Shown: piece by piece, positions 23,786 to 37,200 of the stretch
How positions within the stretch are numbered: the first letter of the stretch is position 1
Layout: the number at the start of each line of letters is the position of its first letter
Assembly (NCBI GenBank): GCA_039545335.1
Contig: BCIN01000003.1
Span: 2,613,060 to 2,677,059 of the forward strand
Direction: 5' to 3'
Length of the DNA stretch: 64,000 nucleotides
From: Kondoa subrosea
Taxonomy: Eukaryota
Made by a program: the position numbers and the translations under genes
Notes under the pieces: model-generated
Told to the model about the DNA's origin: nothing
Databases searched by the model: none
Seen by the model: only the letters and a program-made list of their open reading frames with translations

Positions 23786-24359
23786 GATTCCAGATTGACT
23801 AGCCAAGAGGAATGATGTTTGGCAGTGAAAGTGTGCGGTCGTCTACCCTAGACGAGGGATGAATAGACAATTGAGTCCGGTTCCCCACAACAATATAGGA
23901 ATGTCCGATTATCCGATATAACGCAGCATCCCTTTGCTATACTGAATGCAAGCAGAAAGAGGATTCAAAGACGCGAAGAGGATCAGAATGCGAAAGCGCA
24001 AAAAGATATGGGATCTCTGGAGGCTTCAAGCTTCAACTCGAAGCAACTTGACCGCTCACGACGTTCTTGTGCCGCTGCCTAGATTGGAGCCTGCCAGTCA
24101 GATTGCTTCGGTCCTTTCTTGGCTGCAGTTGCCTTTTAAAGTTTTGTGTTCGCCTGTATTTGCAGCTGTGGCCGACATCTGTTCGTTTGTTACCTGTACT
24201 TGCATCTGTGATTTACATCTGTGGATGTCTGTACAACAAACATACTCCATTCTCTCCTTTATTTGTCCATAGACCAGCACGGATTGCATACAACCTGCAC
24301 TTTCCAATCTTTCCCTATCGTCATCTTCTGACCAACCCAACTTCAAGAGGAATAACAAT

Positions 24360-25833
24360 ATGCCGTCTCAGCGAGTACCAACAGAAGTGTTAGAGAAGAT
24401 CTTCAATGAGTATGCAGACAATGCATCGGTCAAAGATATTGCTGTTTTAACACAATGCTCAAGTAGGAATGCCATTGCCTTTATTGTGCCATTATGATTT
24501 AACGTTCTCTCATACAGAGACCTTCAGAGCTATGCTTCTAGGCCGTCTTTACCAGAATCTTACTGCTGAAAACTTGGCGAACCCAAAACTGCTACGCACT
24601 CTCGAAGCAAGACCAGACTTCTGCACCAATACCATCGAGGTCGAACTCAAGATCAAAGTATACAGTGATTCGACCAATACAATCGACAGATTCACCTTAG
24701 AACGAGAAGACACTTGCAATTATTTACCTGTTTTAGCTCATTGTCCGAATATCAAAACACTCAATATCGTTCAATCGCCCTATGCTGGCGGCAACTCAAA
24801 TCAAAGAGACTGCCGTACATTCATTACACCAGAAGTCGAAGCTTTTCCTTTCCTGTCTAACTTGAAGACGGTATCTCTGGCCCAAGACGCCAAAGCTTAC
24901 AATCATGCGTTAGGTACTCGCTTTCATCGCGGTCCGATCGGAAGAGATTGGCTTCTGATCAACTGGATCTTACGCAGCAGTTCTGTAGAAAATCTCTCCA
25001 TCCTTAGTCAAGATATGCATACACCTAGAAAAACTGATTTACCAGCGGAAATCTGGGAAAGAATGCAACACCTCACTTTGCAAGATATTCCAAATTCTTG
25101 GGATGAAAGCTTAATCCCTGGTGACCTGCAGCCTAATCGATATTTTACCAATTGGCTCACTAACCTCACGCATCTCTCTTTCACTCCTTATCCGGGAACT
25201 TTTATGAGAGTCGATCATATGGGTGCAAGATGGGATTGTCAAGTACCCATGCCGACCATTCGAACTGTCGATTTTCGAGGTCTGGAATTTGCAAACGAAG
25301 AGACTCTTCGATATGATTGGAACGTAGCGACTACCTGGCCAAACTGTACTGACTTATCACTAGCTATCGGTTCTTACAAAGCTCGAAGGCAAATCAATAT
25401 TTTACCTTTACCAACCGATATCGAACTACTCTTCCCTCTTCACATTCCATACTACAGCTTGGTTAAACTCACAATACGTTTTGAATTCCCTTACGCTACT
25501 TTACTCTACAGCGAACGATCTCTTTATTCTGCTACTCTTCGTCATTTCCTGAACAGCACTACTTTCCCAAACCTAAAGCATTTAACCTTCGATCACGCGA
25601 TGGGCGATTTAAGTAAAGTGGAAGATAGTCTAGGATGGGAACGAATGGGTAGACAAGAGAGGATGGATTGTGTTGTTAGAAGAACTTTGGGCGGTGATTT
25701 GAATGATGTTTGGACATTGATGCAAGATGGATTGGTACTGAGTTGTAGGTTCTCTGATGAGGAAGTCAATAGATGGTCAAGAGGTGTTAGATTATGGATG
25801 GATAGAGGAAAGAAAGTTACTCAAGCTTGGTGA
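24360..25833 (+). CDS. F-box-like / LRR-like hypothetical protein, paralogue of the gene at 17392
   Basis: MPSQRVPTEVLEKIFNEY; intron 24464-24518; shares PE...LPF..NL, W...TWP.C..L and LR.FL...TFP.L..L.F...G with the 17392 gene. Confidence 0.7.
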
Positions 25834-26044
25834 GGGAATGGAATGGGAAAAGGTTGCTCTCGACAGTTCAGACTCGTGTTATTCAGCTGTGACGTGTCAA
25901 TGTATGCAAATTGTCTGTAGTTTTGTTGAGCACGAATTCCATGCTTGCTCGAACACGGTCTAAGAATAGCACGCGTTATCTGGCATAAATCTCGAGAGTC
26001 TGCGATTAACCTTCATTGGCGACCATTCTGATCTCAAGAAAAGC

Positions 26045-26486
26045 ATGCCAGCTGGTGATATCACAGTCTACGCTTTTGTGTGCTCATTCATCACCTTTCG
26101 AGGACTTTAGCTCATTCGGCTTGTGTAACTCTCACGCAGCTCGAGGCAGCTCCAGGAAAAGCCGATGAACTCCTAGCTACTCTCACTCGAGCTCAAAAGT
26201 ACGCAGAAACCGATGCGGAACCTGGCTGTCTGCAATATCGAATTAGCGTGGATCCGTCAAACAGACATAAGGTGTGCGTCTTTGAGATTTATGTGAGTCC
26301 TTTATACACCGTCTTGTCAAACTCGGTTAGAGAAGATGATGGTCTGAATAGGAAAATCAAGCAGCTCTCGATGCACATATAGAATCCGACGTCAGTAAAG
26401 CAAACGTGGCTTTTTATGCTGCTGGAGGACTCTCGAAGCCTTTAGAGGAGCAGGATATCAGGATACACACGGAATGGAGGGAGTGA
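26045..26486 (+). CDS. Antibiotic-biosynthesis-monooxygenase (ABM) domain small protein
   Basis: Three exons: ITVYAF|LEAAPGKADELL...AEPGCLQYRI...CVFEIY|ENQAALDAH. Confidence 0.85.
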
Positions 26487-26719
26487 AGAAGGATATGTGC
26501 AGAACATAGCTTCGCTGCTACCGTCATTCGATCGATGTTGCGGAGCGAAATGGCAAAAGCCTCAGGCTTGGGGGTGAGATACAGAATTGGAGATCTGGAG
26601 GAGCGTCAAGGCACTTTGAAATGCAATCACAAGCTATGGCTCGGCGGCATAGACGGTCGGGCATGAATCGAAGGTCATTAACTCATTTCGAGAGATTGGG
26701 AGATTCAAATTGCTGCTTG

Positions 26720-26745
26720 AAAGAGAGAAAGAGAGAGAGAGAGAG
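26720..26745. repeat. (AG)n microsatellite
   Basis: aagagagaaagagagagagagagag. Confidence 0.8.
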
Positions 26746-26859
26746 GGATGCAGAGATTATTCAATAAGAGATATTGCATAGCAATGTAATACCTTTGCCC
26801 TCTCGAGTCGCGCTGACGCGGTCGTTCCTTTTCAACCATCTACCAGTACAATTCACAGC

Positions 26860-28137
26860 ATGGTAAGCACACTGGCAGCAGTCTACATGCTTTGCTGATC
26901 CCCTGGGCAGTTTCTCAATCGCTCAGGTTTGTCCAGAAGATGGAGAATCCGTCTTTCGCAAGCTGAACATTTGCTTTGTCTGTGCATGTAGAGTATGACA
27001 GAGGTGTATCTACATGGTCACCTGAAGGTACGCTAGCGTATTCTAGCTCAGTGAAGCTCAATACTTAAGCATCCATGCTTCTACAGGTCGTCTATTCCAA
27101 GGTCCACATTACATATCCCTTCTAACTATAGGCCTGTACTGAACACTAGCTACTTAGTGGAATACGCTATCGAAGCTATCAAACTAGGCTCCACAACTGT
27201 TGGCGTACAAACTTCCCAAGGAGTCGTCTTAGGCGTAGAGAAGCGAACTCAATCTGTTCTCTTGGAATCATCTTCGATTGAAAAGATTATGGAGATTGAT
27301 AATCATATCGCTTGTGCTATGAGTGGATTGGTTGCTGATGCTAGAACAATGGTAGATCATGCTAGAGTGACTGCTCAAGTAGGTTTCAATACTTTCCAGC
27401 TGTGAAAGCATGAACATGAAGTCTGATGGGACCGCTGTATAGAATCATCAATTCACTTATGATGAAGCGATAAAAGTGGAGTCTGTAACTCAGGCAGTTT
27501 GTGATTTGGCTTTACGATTTGGTGAATCAACAGCAGACGATGAACCTTTGATGGTGAGTGGAAGGAGTTGCTCGATCATTAGCTGGTCTAAGCGCGCTCT
27601 ATATCCTCACAGAGTCGACCTTTCGGTGTTGCGCTCCTGATTGCAGGCTGTGATGAAAATGGACCTCAATTGTGCGTGACTTCGGTGGGACATCAGCATT
27701 AGCTGATTCGTCGAGCCGATTCCGCACAGATACCACGCTGATCCTTCTGGTACTTTCGTTCGGTATACTGCAAAAGCAATCGGTTCAGGTTCAGAGGGAG
27801 CGCAGCAGGAACTAGAGAATTCATGGCACAAGGTTCGTCCAACGAGATGTGCTCATCAAACTATATATCTGATATCCCTCTCTGGATGGAACAGTCACTT
27901 ACACTAGAAGAAGCTCAAGTTTTGGTTCTCAAAGTGCTTAAACAAGTAATGGAAGAAAAGCTGGATTCCAACAATGTTCAACTTGCTCAAGTCGTACCAA
28001 ATACCAAGAGGGGGTACAAGATCCTTTCAGAGTCTGAGCTGAAAGCTGCTATTGAACGATTAACGCCTAGCGAAACGGATTTGGCTTTGCAACAAGGAAA
28101 TCAAGCGCCGCCAGCAGCAACGGGTAGCAGTTCGTAG
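26860..28137 (+). CDS. PUP2: 20S proteasome subunit alpha-5
   Basis: ATG|intron|[35 protein letters not shown]...[13 protein letters not shown]...[10 protein letters not shown]...[16 protein letters not shown]. Confidence 0.97.
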
Positions 28138-28273
28138 AACGTGTAGAGTGCAATCAATGCAATTCATTCGACGCGCAATCCATTCGTTATACAATAGCAC
28201 TGTTTATCTTCGGTTACAATGAAACGATATGACTTAAGTCGTTGCCTCTGTTCACGCACTGCATTAGCATGTT

Positions 28274-29487
28274 TCAATTTAATGAACTGCGCTGAACTGA
28301 CCTCTGTACGTAATTGTTCGTCGGCAATCGCTTATGAGGTAACCTCCTTCTCCCTCGTCCACTTTTTTGATACCATTCCTGTCGATCGGGACAGATCACT
28401 ATCAGTTTCATAATCTGATATTGTTTTGAGTGATCGTCGAGACTGACCCAAGCTAATCTAACAATCTCACCATCCGCAGCATAAGGTGTTGGAATTTCGC
28501 TATATCCAGGTCCAGCAGTAGGATGCCTTACATAAATTGCTGAACAAGTTGGGAAAGAGACTTCCAAGTAAGGTGGAACGAATATGAACGGAGCGGCGAA
28601 ATCGGGTAGATTGAAAGGTCTGACACCTTTGGGCAAAAAATTATTCGAATTTGTTGCTGTTTCTTCTTGTTCTGCTGGAGCTGCAGATGCTGCTGATGAA
28701 GAAGAGTCTTCCGAAGATGATGATTCTGCCGGTTCTGATGCTGAAGGAGAAGGTTTGGGTGAAGAAGACGAAGAGGGGGAAGAGAAGAGAGTGTTGTATT
28801 TCACTTTCGTTGCTGGATCAAGCATAGGTATAGCTGTTGCATTGACTGCAAAGATATCGCCAGGATTTAGCTTGACATTCGGATTTGTTGTCTGTCAGCA
28901 AGACTTGCGGCCGTTAGCGAAAGGCGCACGAGAACCATTCTGGCTGACCTTGATGCCATTCAAAGTAACTTGGCCGGTCACGACCATCATCTTGGCCGCA
29001 TAGGCTGACGGAGCGAAACAAGCTCTAAAGACTAGAACATCGAGCCTCCTTTCCACTTCGCCAAACATCAAGCTCCCCAAAGGTACTTTCATCCTGGGAC
29101 CGATCGATTCCTCTTTTGCAGCTACTCCTTTACCTTTATTCAAGGTATTGCTTCTTGTACCAGACGTTGTGCCTACAATAGCAGGTATGGAAAGAGGTAA
29201 GAAAGATTTCTGAAATTTGTGTTCTTGTATCCAATCGCCGTGATAACCTCTTGTAAGCTTTTTGGCAAACCATTGCTGTTGAAACAGAGTCTTGGACGAT
29301 TTCGTAAAAGTCAGCTCTTTCCGTTGAGGTCCATTGGTTCGCAAATGTAAATTGAATAGATTCTCTGGTGACCAGCTCTGTTTGTTCCTTTCCTGATAAG
29401 CTACAGTCGACATGTCGCAAGATATGTTCAACGGACCATTCGCGGTATACATAGCTCTGCGCTATGAGGATTAATGCGTTTATGCAT
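28274..29487 (-). CDS. NAM9: Mitochondrial ribosomal protein S4 (Nam9); exact 3' end uncertain
   Basis: PRM|SWSPENLFNL, KTLFQQQW.AKKLTRGYHGD, ERRLDVLVFRACFA, APFIFVPPYLEV, YVRHPTAGPGYSEIPTP, LAW|EWY. Confidence 0.92.
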
Positions 29488-29697
29488 CTTTGAGCAAATC
29501 GTCGTAATCGGTCAAAACTAAAGTAGATAAGGAAGGGATTGAGTAACATTGTATGCTACATTTCTGTTTGCTATATACAGAGTACATAGGTTGCAATTCA
29601 GATGCGAAGAGACCAGCTCTTTTGCTATTGAAACGAAAACGACACTTGAAGGTAATTTGAAGTTAAAAGACTTGGAAGATAGGTTGGTTGTATTGTT

Positions 29698-30669
29698 TTA
29701 GACGAATGACCACGTCATGCCGTAGAGTCTATGAATAATAGATCAGCGGTTTCCATCTTGTTCTCATCGAGCTTGCTTACCGGCCGACATCAGGACTGCT
29801 TCTGGTTGTCAGTAATAATAGCCATCATTGGAGGCGAGACTCACTTGGCAAGTTTATTGAATGCTGCAGGTGAGAAGTCTAGGTCACCATATGCGCATCC
29901 AACTACAATGGAGTAAAGATGTAAAATTCCATGTGAACACATGATTAAACATACCGCAACGATCCACAATCTTTACTGTTACTGATTTGCCTTGATAGTT
30001 AACCTTGACATATCGACCACAAATACTGCAGATCGAAGTCTCAATTTACGCAGCATCTTCGCGCAAAAAGGAAAAAACCGACGGGTTGTTGTTCGGATTG
30101 GAGGCCTATCTAACGCGTCAGCGATAGTTTACACGCGTAAAAGACTGACTTACTCCGCCTTCGAAGCTATCATAGAGTGATTCTGAAGCTGCAGCCTGCA
30201 TTGATTGAATCAGCTTGTAATCGGTAATTCGTGATGTATGAACCTACAATATAATCAGAGTCTTTGTTCCACCATCCGCAAGCACCGAGTCCAGTAGCAT
30301 AGACTATTCAAGGGGATACAATCAGCCCCGAAAGCTCCGACTAATCTTTGTACTCAAAGACCCACATGTTCCTTGTCCGTTCATTTTAGCTCCTCCGAAA
30401 GTAGCTCCAACACTGACGCTAGCCTTCTTCTTGCTTGCTTTTTGCTTGTTTTTCGGTCTTCTTTGCTTTCTAGCATATCTGCTCTTCCTGTGTCTGGAAT
30501 GGCGCGCTCGAGTTTCAACTACAGATGAGCTGCTGAGATCGCCTGGTGTGAAGATTGAAAGATCTTCGTTGAAGACTTTTAGTTCATGTGATGAAGCAGA
30601 AGCGAGAGCTAGAGGGGCGAAAAGGGAAACAAATGATACCAAACCGAAGATTGAGCGGGTGACCAGCAT
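29698..30669 (-). CDS. Secreted RlpA-like double-psi beta-barrel (expansin/loosenin-like) protein
   Basis: Signal peptide, polybasic linker, then spliced GQGTFYATGLGACG, NPNNNPICGR, VKIVDRCVGCAYGDLDFSPAAFNKLA, GRLYGMTWSFV*. Confidence 0.9.
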
Positions 30670-30887
30670 AATGTTATTTTGGGACTTGGCGGCGGTCTTG
30701 CTGGGCTTGACTGATTGACGCACTGATGAAAGAATGTACCACTGGTCGTTTTCTCTACACAACCAACAAAATCTTTTTTGTAAACAAACTTCAATGGTCC
30801 ATTAGATGTTGTCGAGCGGATGATTGTCCCGACCGCGCGAACCTAAAGATGACCAAATAATAGATCCTTGTGGATGATATGAATCTT

Positions 30888-33222
30888 TCAGACTCTCTTC
30901 CAGTCCATAGGCATGGCGAGAAGCCGTGAGAAAAGCACATCGCGATTGGCTACTTGAATGAACTTGACAGGTGAAAGTTCGCCTGAACGCGTCAATGTGA
31001 GCCCAGCGCCTTCTCTGTTACCAATGTGCTTCTTGATACTATGTGTGAGCCGCGTCAATTGGGTCAGCTATCCGGGTCTCGAGTAACTGACCCAGTGATT
31101 GTATGTGATGGCACAACTAGAATTGTCCGTTTGCGATCACCCGTTGGACTGGCAGCGTCTTTTGTGCCAGGCGAAAGATGTTTGTCTTTATCCCTGTAAA
31201 CCAAATCTCCAAGACTAAACCCATTTCAAATTAGCTAAGATGAGCATATCACCATGGATATCAGGCTTGCCTCTGACTAATACCATGAAATCCTTTCATC
31301 GCTGTGAAATATAGAGTCTGGCTATCCAAGGTGATGTTGCCAGGAATTCCTCGATAGAAAGCGAAATAGCCAAGAGTAGCATTCGTTTGACCAGTAGACA
31401 GCTCTTGATCGCCCTATAGTATGTCAATATACTTTAGGAACTTATGGAGCAACAGAGCTAACTGTTTTGGAACGGAAAAGCTTACTCCTGCCCTTTTCGA
31501 CAAATTTACTCAGAGTACTCCTTGTCGATGCGTCCGAATGAGCGCTTGAGAAGACAGAAGCAGCATCACTATCGACTGATTGCCGATGTGATTTGCGCTT
31601 TTTGAAGTCTGTGGCAGTAAGCGATCTTCCTGTCTCGTTGCGCTCCTTGATGAGGTGCAGCACTACATCGGCATCGGTCGCTGTAGTTTTGACAGAAATG
31701 CACATATATGAGCGGATAGAAGTGACTGCTAAAAGAACTTTGGACGTACGAGCTGTCCAGAGCAAGTAGAACAAAGGATTGAACGCTCGTCGGAATCGAG
31801 GATTGCGATCTTGTAATTGAAAGAAGAGAAAGAATGCAAGTCCCAGATAGCCGAAGAGGATCTTCAAAAGAAACCGAGGTGATGAGATAAGGAGGAAAAT
31901 TGCTATGAGACTATGAATAACCAGGAGTTGCTTGGTAATTGCTGGAATTCGCCAAAGAGCATAATTCTTTGCCTTCTCGAGTAGATCCGTGCTGTCGTCG
32001 ATCAGTATTTGTACATCTTCGCCAAAGCGAGCATGAAGATCTTTTGCTAGACCAAAGAGACCGCTATGATGTTTATCTTCTTCGACGGAATCTTCCGCAA
32101 CAGACTTTGATGAAGTCGACCGAGGCAGTAAAGGACTTGTAGAAGAGTACGATGCAGCTGATCCAGCAATGGAAGAGGCGCTCGCAACAGTACTGAGTAT
32201 AGATGACCCAAGCATGCCTAATTCAGATCTTCTTTGCAGATCTTTAGTCAATTGGCTAGCTTCCTTCATTCGAGCCTTTTGTTCAGCTATCTCTTTGATA
32301 ATGATTTGGGACGTTGGTGGGTTCCATTTACGAGCAGCAATAAACCACAATGGAATGCCAAACAGGAAGGCCGGCTACGTTGCAATGTTTAGCACATGTT
32401 GAGCTGGCTGGCGGCGGGACATACGACGATGTTGTACCACCAGCATGCGAAATATAGCGCGGCCAGAGAGGAAGTCAAAGAGGCATCTTCCCACATGTAG
32501 ATCTTCTTGATTCTTCTACAAGCTCTGGACAAGTCGTGAGGCGAGGCGGAAATGTAGAGCCGTTCCAGACTTGCTCTGGTAGCTGAAGATGTGACACTGA
32601 ACTTGCGAGTGACGACTGAATCCAACAGCATGTCTCTCGGCAGCAATCGTTCCGCAGCGCTCCTCAAGTAGGCCTCGCCATATCCAAGATAATCTACTTT
32701 GCCATTAGACCTTTTGTATGCAGCGAGAGTCGGTATAGGTGAATCTGGAGGCAGGAATGATTCTTGTCGGACTTCCTTCAGATCAGGGCGATTCAGTCCA
32801 GTTCAGTGTCTACTTAAAGACTGCTTCACCTTCAGATGCCTTGCTGATCGACTCAAGAACTCTTGCAGCTTCAGATCCTCCAAGACTTCACTTGCTTTCT
32901 TAACAGCGTCTGCTTCAACATCTGAATCGATGGACCCATCGCTTGACGCTAGAGAGACAAGCGAAACGCTGGAGCTTGAGCGAGACCTGTTCTGTTTATA
33001 GCTGGACTGCTCTGGTAGGGTAGTGTCGTCAAATGACTGGATAGAAACAGAGGGAACAAGAGGAGAGGATAGAGGAGCTGTCGTGTGCTGGAATTCTTGA
33101 GAGCCTTGATGAAGGGCAGGCACTTCATCGGCAACGTAGCCAGCTTGGGAAACGTGCTTTCGTTGCGCAGCTGCTGCACTTCGAGGATGAAGAGGAGGTG
33201 GTGGAAAGCGAGTACTGCTCAT
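30888..33222 (-). CDS. Membrane protein with a C-terminal GRAM/PH-like domain (uncharacterised fungal family)
   Basis: Two hydrophobic hairpins (IYMWED...LYFACWWY; LLVIHSLIAIFLL...), LLWTAPTDAD, and a C-terminus 'YRGIPGNITL...NRDVLFSRLLAM..DWKRV*' typical of GRAM-like ends. Confidence 0.65.
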
Positions 33223-33421
33223 CGTGCGTAACGGTAGAGCATGGCTGTCAAGGGTAGACCTATTGTAGAAGCACAGCAATTTTATAAGCCGACGTCAGTT
33301 TCGGACGAGATGGAGAGCAAGCATAATGAACCAAGCTGAAGCATAACGAATGCTATTATACATATCATACACCCAAAAGAAAGCCCGAACAAAATTAGCA
33401 ACCCAATAAAAAGAAGACCCC

Positions 33422-36400
33422 TTAAAACACATCGTCCTGGCTTGGACTGCGCAGGATATCAGTGCGACACAATTGTATGTCAGCACAAAGACATACCAGT
33501 CAATCGTACCATGCCCTAGAGTTTCGCAGTTCTCGCAGAACTGGTGCATTACCTCAGCGAATGTTTCGGACACAGAAATGACGACTCACGAGCTCGTCAG
33601 TAGCCGCGAGAGCCTCACCAGGACTCATTATGGGACATGTCTCTATCTGGTGTCCAAGTACGCCGCATAGTTCGCACGCTTCATTGTCCACTTCTGCTGA
33701 AGCTGTGCTCGATCTGCTGCTTGTCGAGACCATGGAAGATGCGCTAGATTTCTCTTGTCGCGGGGGTAGACTGATCGTAGAACTCTTGCCTTGACCGGCG
33801 AGCAATTGCTGACATCGTTTCAGTTCTGATTCTAGCTCATCCTCCCGGAAGATTTTCGCTTCGATCAAAGCCTGCGCCAACAGATCAGCCTATTAGCATC
33901 AGGGAGCTGCATCGCAATACCTCTAGCTCAGATACCTGTGACATACGATTAGTGACAGTCTAGACAAGAAGCAACAAAGGACGTACTTCTTGATTCAGTG
34001 AACGAAGCTCGCGGTCTTTCTGACGTTCCATATCTGCTAGCCTGCGCTTCGTCTCAGCCAACTCATTCAGATCACCATTCAATGGTCCATTTGTAGATCT
34101 TCGCAAAGAAGGAGATGACCGATCAGGTGAATCTCCTTCTGAAGAATCCTGATGCCGCTTGGTCAGGTTACGATTCTCGCTTGTAAGTTGCTCGACCAAG
34201 AGTTTCAAGCCAACAACTTGATCCTTCATGGTCTGTATATCCTGGTCATCCAGCGGTGTACCGGCAGCAGACTTATAGGAAGATGCTGAACTGCGACGCG
34301 AATTTCGAGGAGAATTGCCAGAGTATGCATATGGAGACAAGCTGTTGTCATCATGCCCATTCGATTTCGGTACATCCAATTGTTGACGAGCAGATTCTAA
34401 CTCTTTGTTTCGCTGCGCCATCTCCCGTTGAAGGTCTTCAAAGTCCGCTAACAGCCTGTTATAGTCGCGCGCTGATTTTTGTGGTGAACTAGGCGTGTTA
34501 GCTAGAGCAATCGAGTCGGTTTTAATCTCTTCCAGTAATTTGACTTCTTCTAGCAAATCAGCCGAGCGAGCATTGGCTTCTTCTGCTTCCTTTCTGGCTA
34601 ATGTAACATCTCTTCGCAGGCGCTCGAGCTCGCTGGGATCCGCAGGGGTATTGTCGGCGCGCAGACCCTCCAATTCTAGCCGTTCCTTTTCAAGTGTCGA
34701 GCGATTCTCGTTCAAAGCGTGTTCTAGCTCATGTATTCGCGAGGTAGCTTTGGTTTCGGAAGTACGAGCACGTTCTAGAGCGGTACTGAGTCTTGTACAA
34801 CATAGCGTAGGCAGAACACACCTAGATTGTCCTTGAGCGTTTGCAACTCTTTCTTTAGTGCAGCTTCGGTCTCTGCATACTGCTGTCGTCTTCTTTGTGC
34901 GTTTTCCATTTCCGTTTCTAGCGACGACCGAGCTTCGCCAAGCTGTTCTTCTAATGAATGCAGTCTACCTTTAAGGTGATCAGCATCTGCACGTAAAGCT
35001 TCGTTATCGATAGCCATTGCAGAAGGAGAAGCATTCATCGAAGGAGAAGCAGGAGGTAGCATAGGACTTTGGCTCTGTTGTATCGCATCAGCTATGGCTT
35101 CCTTTTCTCTTTGATGATCTTGAGCTGAAGTTCGCCATAAATCTTCGATCTCGTTCTTTTCCGCTTCTACAGCAGCTAGCTTCTCTTCGTAAACTCCGCA
35201 TAAAGCTTGACCAGCTTCTCGAAGTTGATCCAATTGAGCAGTCAATTCTTCTTTTTCTTGCATGGCGGTAGTTTGACCAGCTTCCATCAACGCTTTCACT
35301 CTTTTCAATTCTTCTTCCATATCTTGCTTCACTCTCTTCACTTCCGTTTCCAACCTTTCTTCTAAACTGGTAACAGATTCCCTTTCTTCCCTCAATTCCC
35401 TTTCCAATTCTTTCATCCTCAAATCACCATCTTCCACCGCACTACTTTCTTTCAAACTTCGCTCACTAGCTTCCAACCTCAACCTCAATTCTTCAAACCG
35501 AGCTTGAGATCCTTTAAGTGCTTTCTCAGCTTCTGCCTGTGAAGCTTTAGCTTCTTCAGCAGCTTGAACAGCAGCTTGTTTTTCAGCTTGCAACACTTCC
35601 ATTATTTCTTCATTATTGTTAACATTTGATGCTCTAGAAGAAGGTCGAACTAAACCAGATAATCGTCTTGAATAAGGCGTTTCCGAAGTTGAAACATTAC
35701 TTTGTCGACTGACGGATCTTGAAGGTGTAGAAGGTCTTGAAATGGATGAAGAAGCAATAGAACCGATATCGGATCCACGTCGAGCAAAAGCAGGCGTAGC
35801 TCGACCCGATATCGAGGAAGTTTCGGCTGCTGAATAGGATGAAGGTAAAGGTGGGACATCTGGAACGCCTATATTGGATGCACGGGAAGAAGGTCGACCT
35901 AATTCTGGTACGTTTGATGCTCGAGAAGATGGACGACGGATAGAAGAACGAGGGGTAGCTATTGATGATCCTAAAGATTTCCTCGGTCCGGTTTGGGTCG
36001 GTGTCGGACCTATGGAAGGACGAGGGCGTGCTCGAGGTGTGGCTATATTGGAAGGAGTAGAGCTTGCTAGAGATTTGCGTGGACTAACCCTGGCTGGCGT
36101 TGTCGGGGTCGCAGCGCCAGGTCGAGCTGGAGTTGCAGGATCTCGATTCGCTAATTGAGACGCGGTCATATTGAGGTATTTGCTAGCTCTTGAGCCTTGC
36201 GTGATCTTTGCTTCTGCAGCTCGAGTAGCCTCCGCGGATGTTTTAGCTCGAGAAGCTGGTCTAGGTGTCGCTGAAGGAGCTCGAGGTAGGAAGGTTGACA
36301 TATCAGGTTTGACGAAAGCTGGTGTGACTTTATTTGCAGGCGCAAACATTCCACAAAGAGGAGCGCAAGCAAAGTATTGGACGCTAGACAATAATGAGCT

Positions 36401-36992
36401 TAATCTACTCAATGTCGTTAGAGTAACTCACCCTTGTACACTCCCATCGTTCTTGCCCTTGCCTCTGAATTCTACATCTAATTCAATACCAGCGAATTCA
36501 CCTTCTTTGCCAGCAACAGGACCAAGATACTGAATATTATCATAGATTAGCTCGCATATTGAATAACGATGAACTTGAGCCTACTCTCAATGTGCCAGTG
36601 AATTGCATAGCAAGAACTTTATCGCCAACTTCCAATTGATTCGCAACGCTGCTACTCGTAGATACTGCTAGTTGCGCACTAGAACTCGAAGCCAGACTAT
36701 ATTTCTTTGAAGGTGAATCCGCTGGATAACCCAATGGAGTTCTAGATCTAGCTACATCCGATACTCTTGGTGTCATGCTTGATCCTAAAGCAGAAGAAGC
36801 TTTACGAGGTAAACCAGGCATCTTGAATTCAACATCATTTGCTGCAGGACTGGACGTCGTTCCCCGAGATAGCATTGCAGCTTGCAATTGAGCAATAGCT
36901 TCAGATGAATTCTGGGATGCAGTAGAAGCAGATTGAGCAAGTCCTAGATGAGCGCTTGACTTTCGTCTTGACGCGGATTGGGGAATAGACAT
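33422..36992 (-). CDS. CLIP-170/Bik1/Tip1-like microtubule plus-end protein: CAP-Gly, coiled coil, two zinc knuckles
   Basis: CAP-Gly (GTLR|YLGPVAGKEGEFAGIEL...GKNDGSVQGVQYF), long heptad region, CELCGVLGH and CENCETLGH knuckles, acidic-aromatic tail QDDVF*. Confidence 0.92.
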
Positions 36993-37200
36993 GCTCTACT
37001 TGTTTCCAGCAGGAGATATCAACGTGTTCTCTGGTATATCGCGATCACTGCATCCAGCACCTTGCACTTGACTTGACTTGGTGTAGTAATACTCGTCGCT
37101 CGGAAGTAAACACCAAACCATCATACAAGATCAGAGTCCTCGCTGTTCTGCCGCTTTACAGTGATCGACTGACTCGTGGTATAGCACCAATCTCGCGTGG

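Noticed and set aside
21722..26486. P450 + ABM as a secondary-metabolite cluster
   Set aside because: No PKS, NRPS, terpene synthase, transporter or cluster regulator nearby.
26800..26825. CGCG/ACGCG words in several promoters (also ~3725, 10670, 15110, 25972, 63370), MCB-like
   Set aside because: Too short to call without enrichment statistics or conservation.
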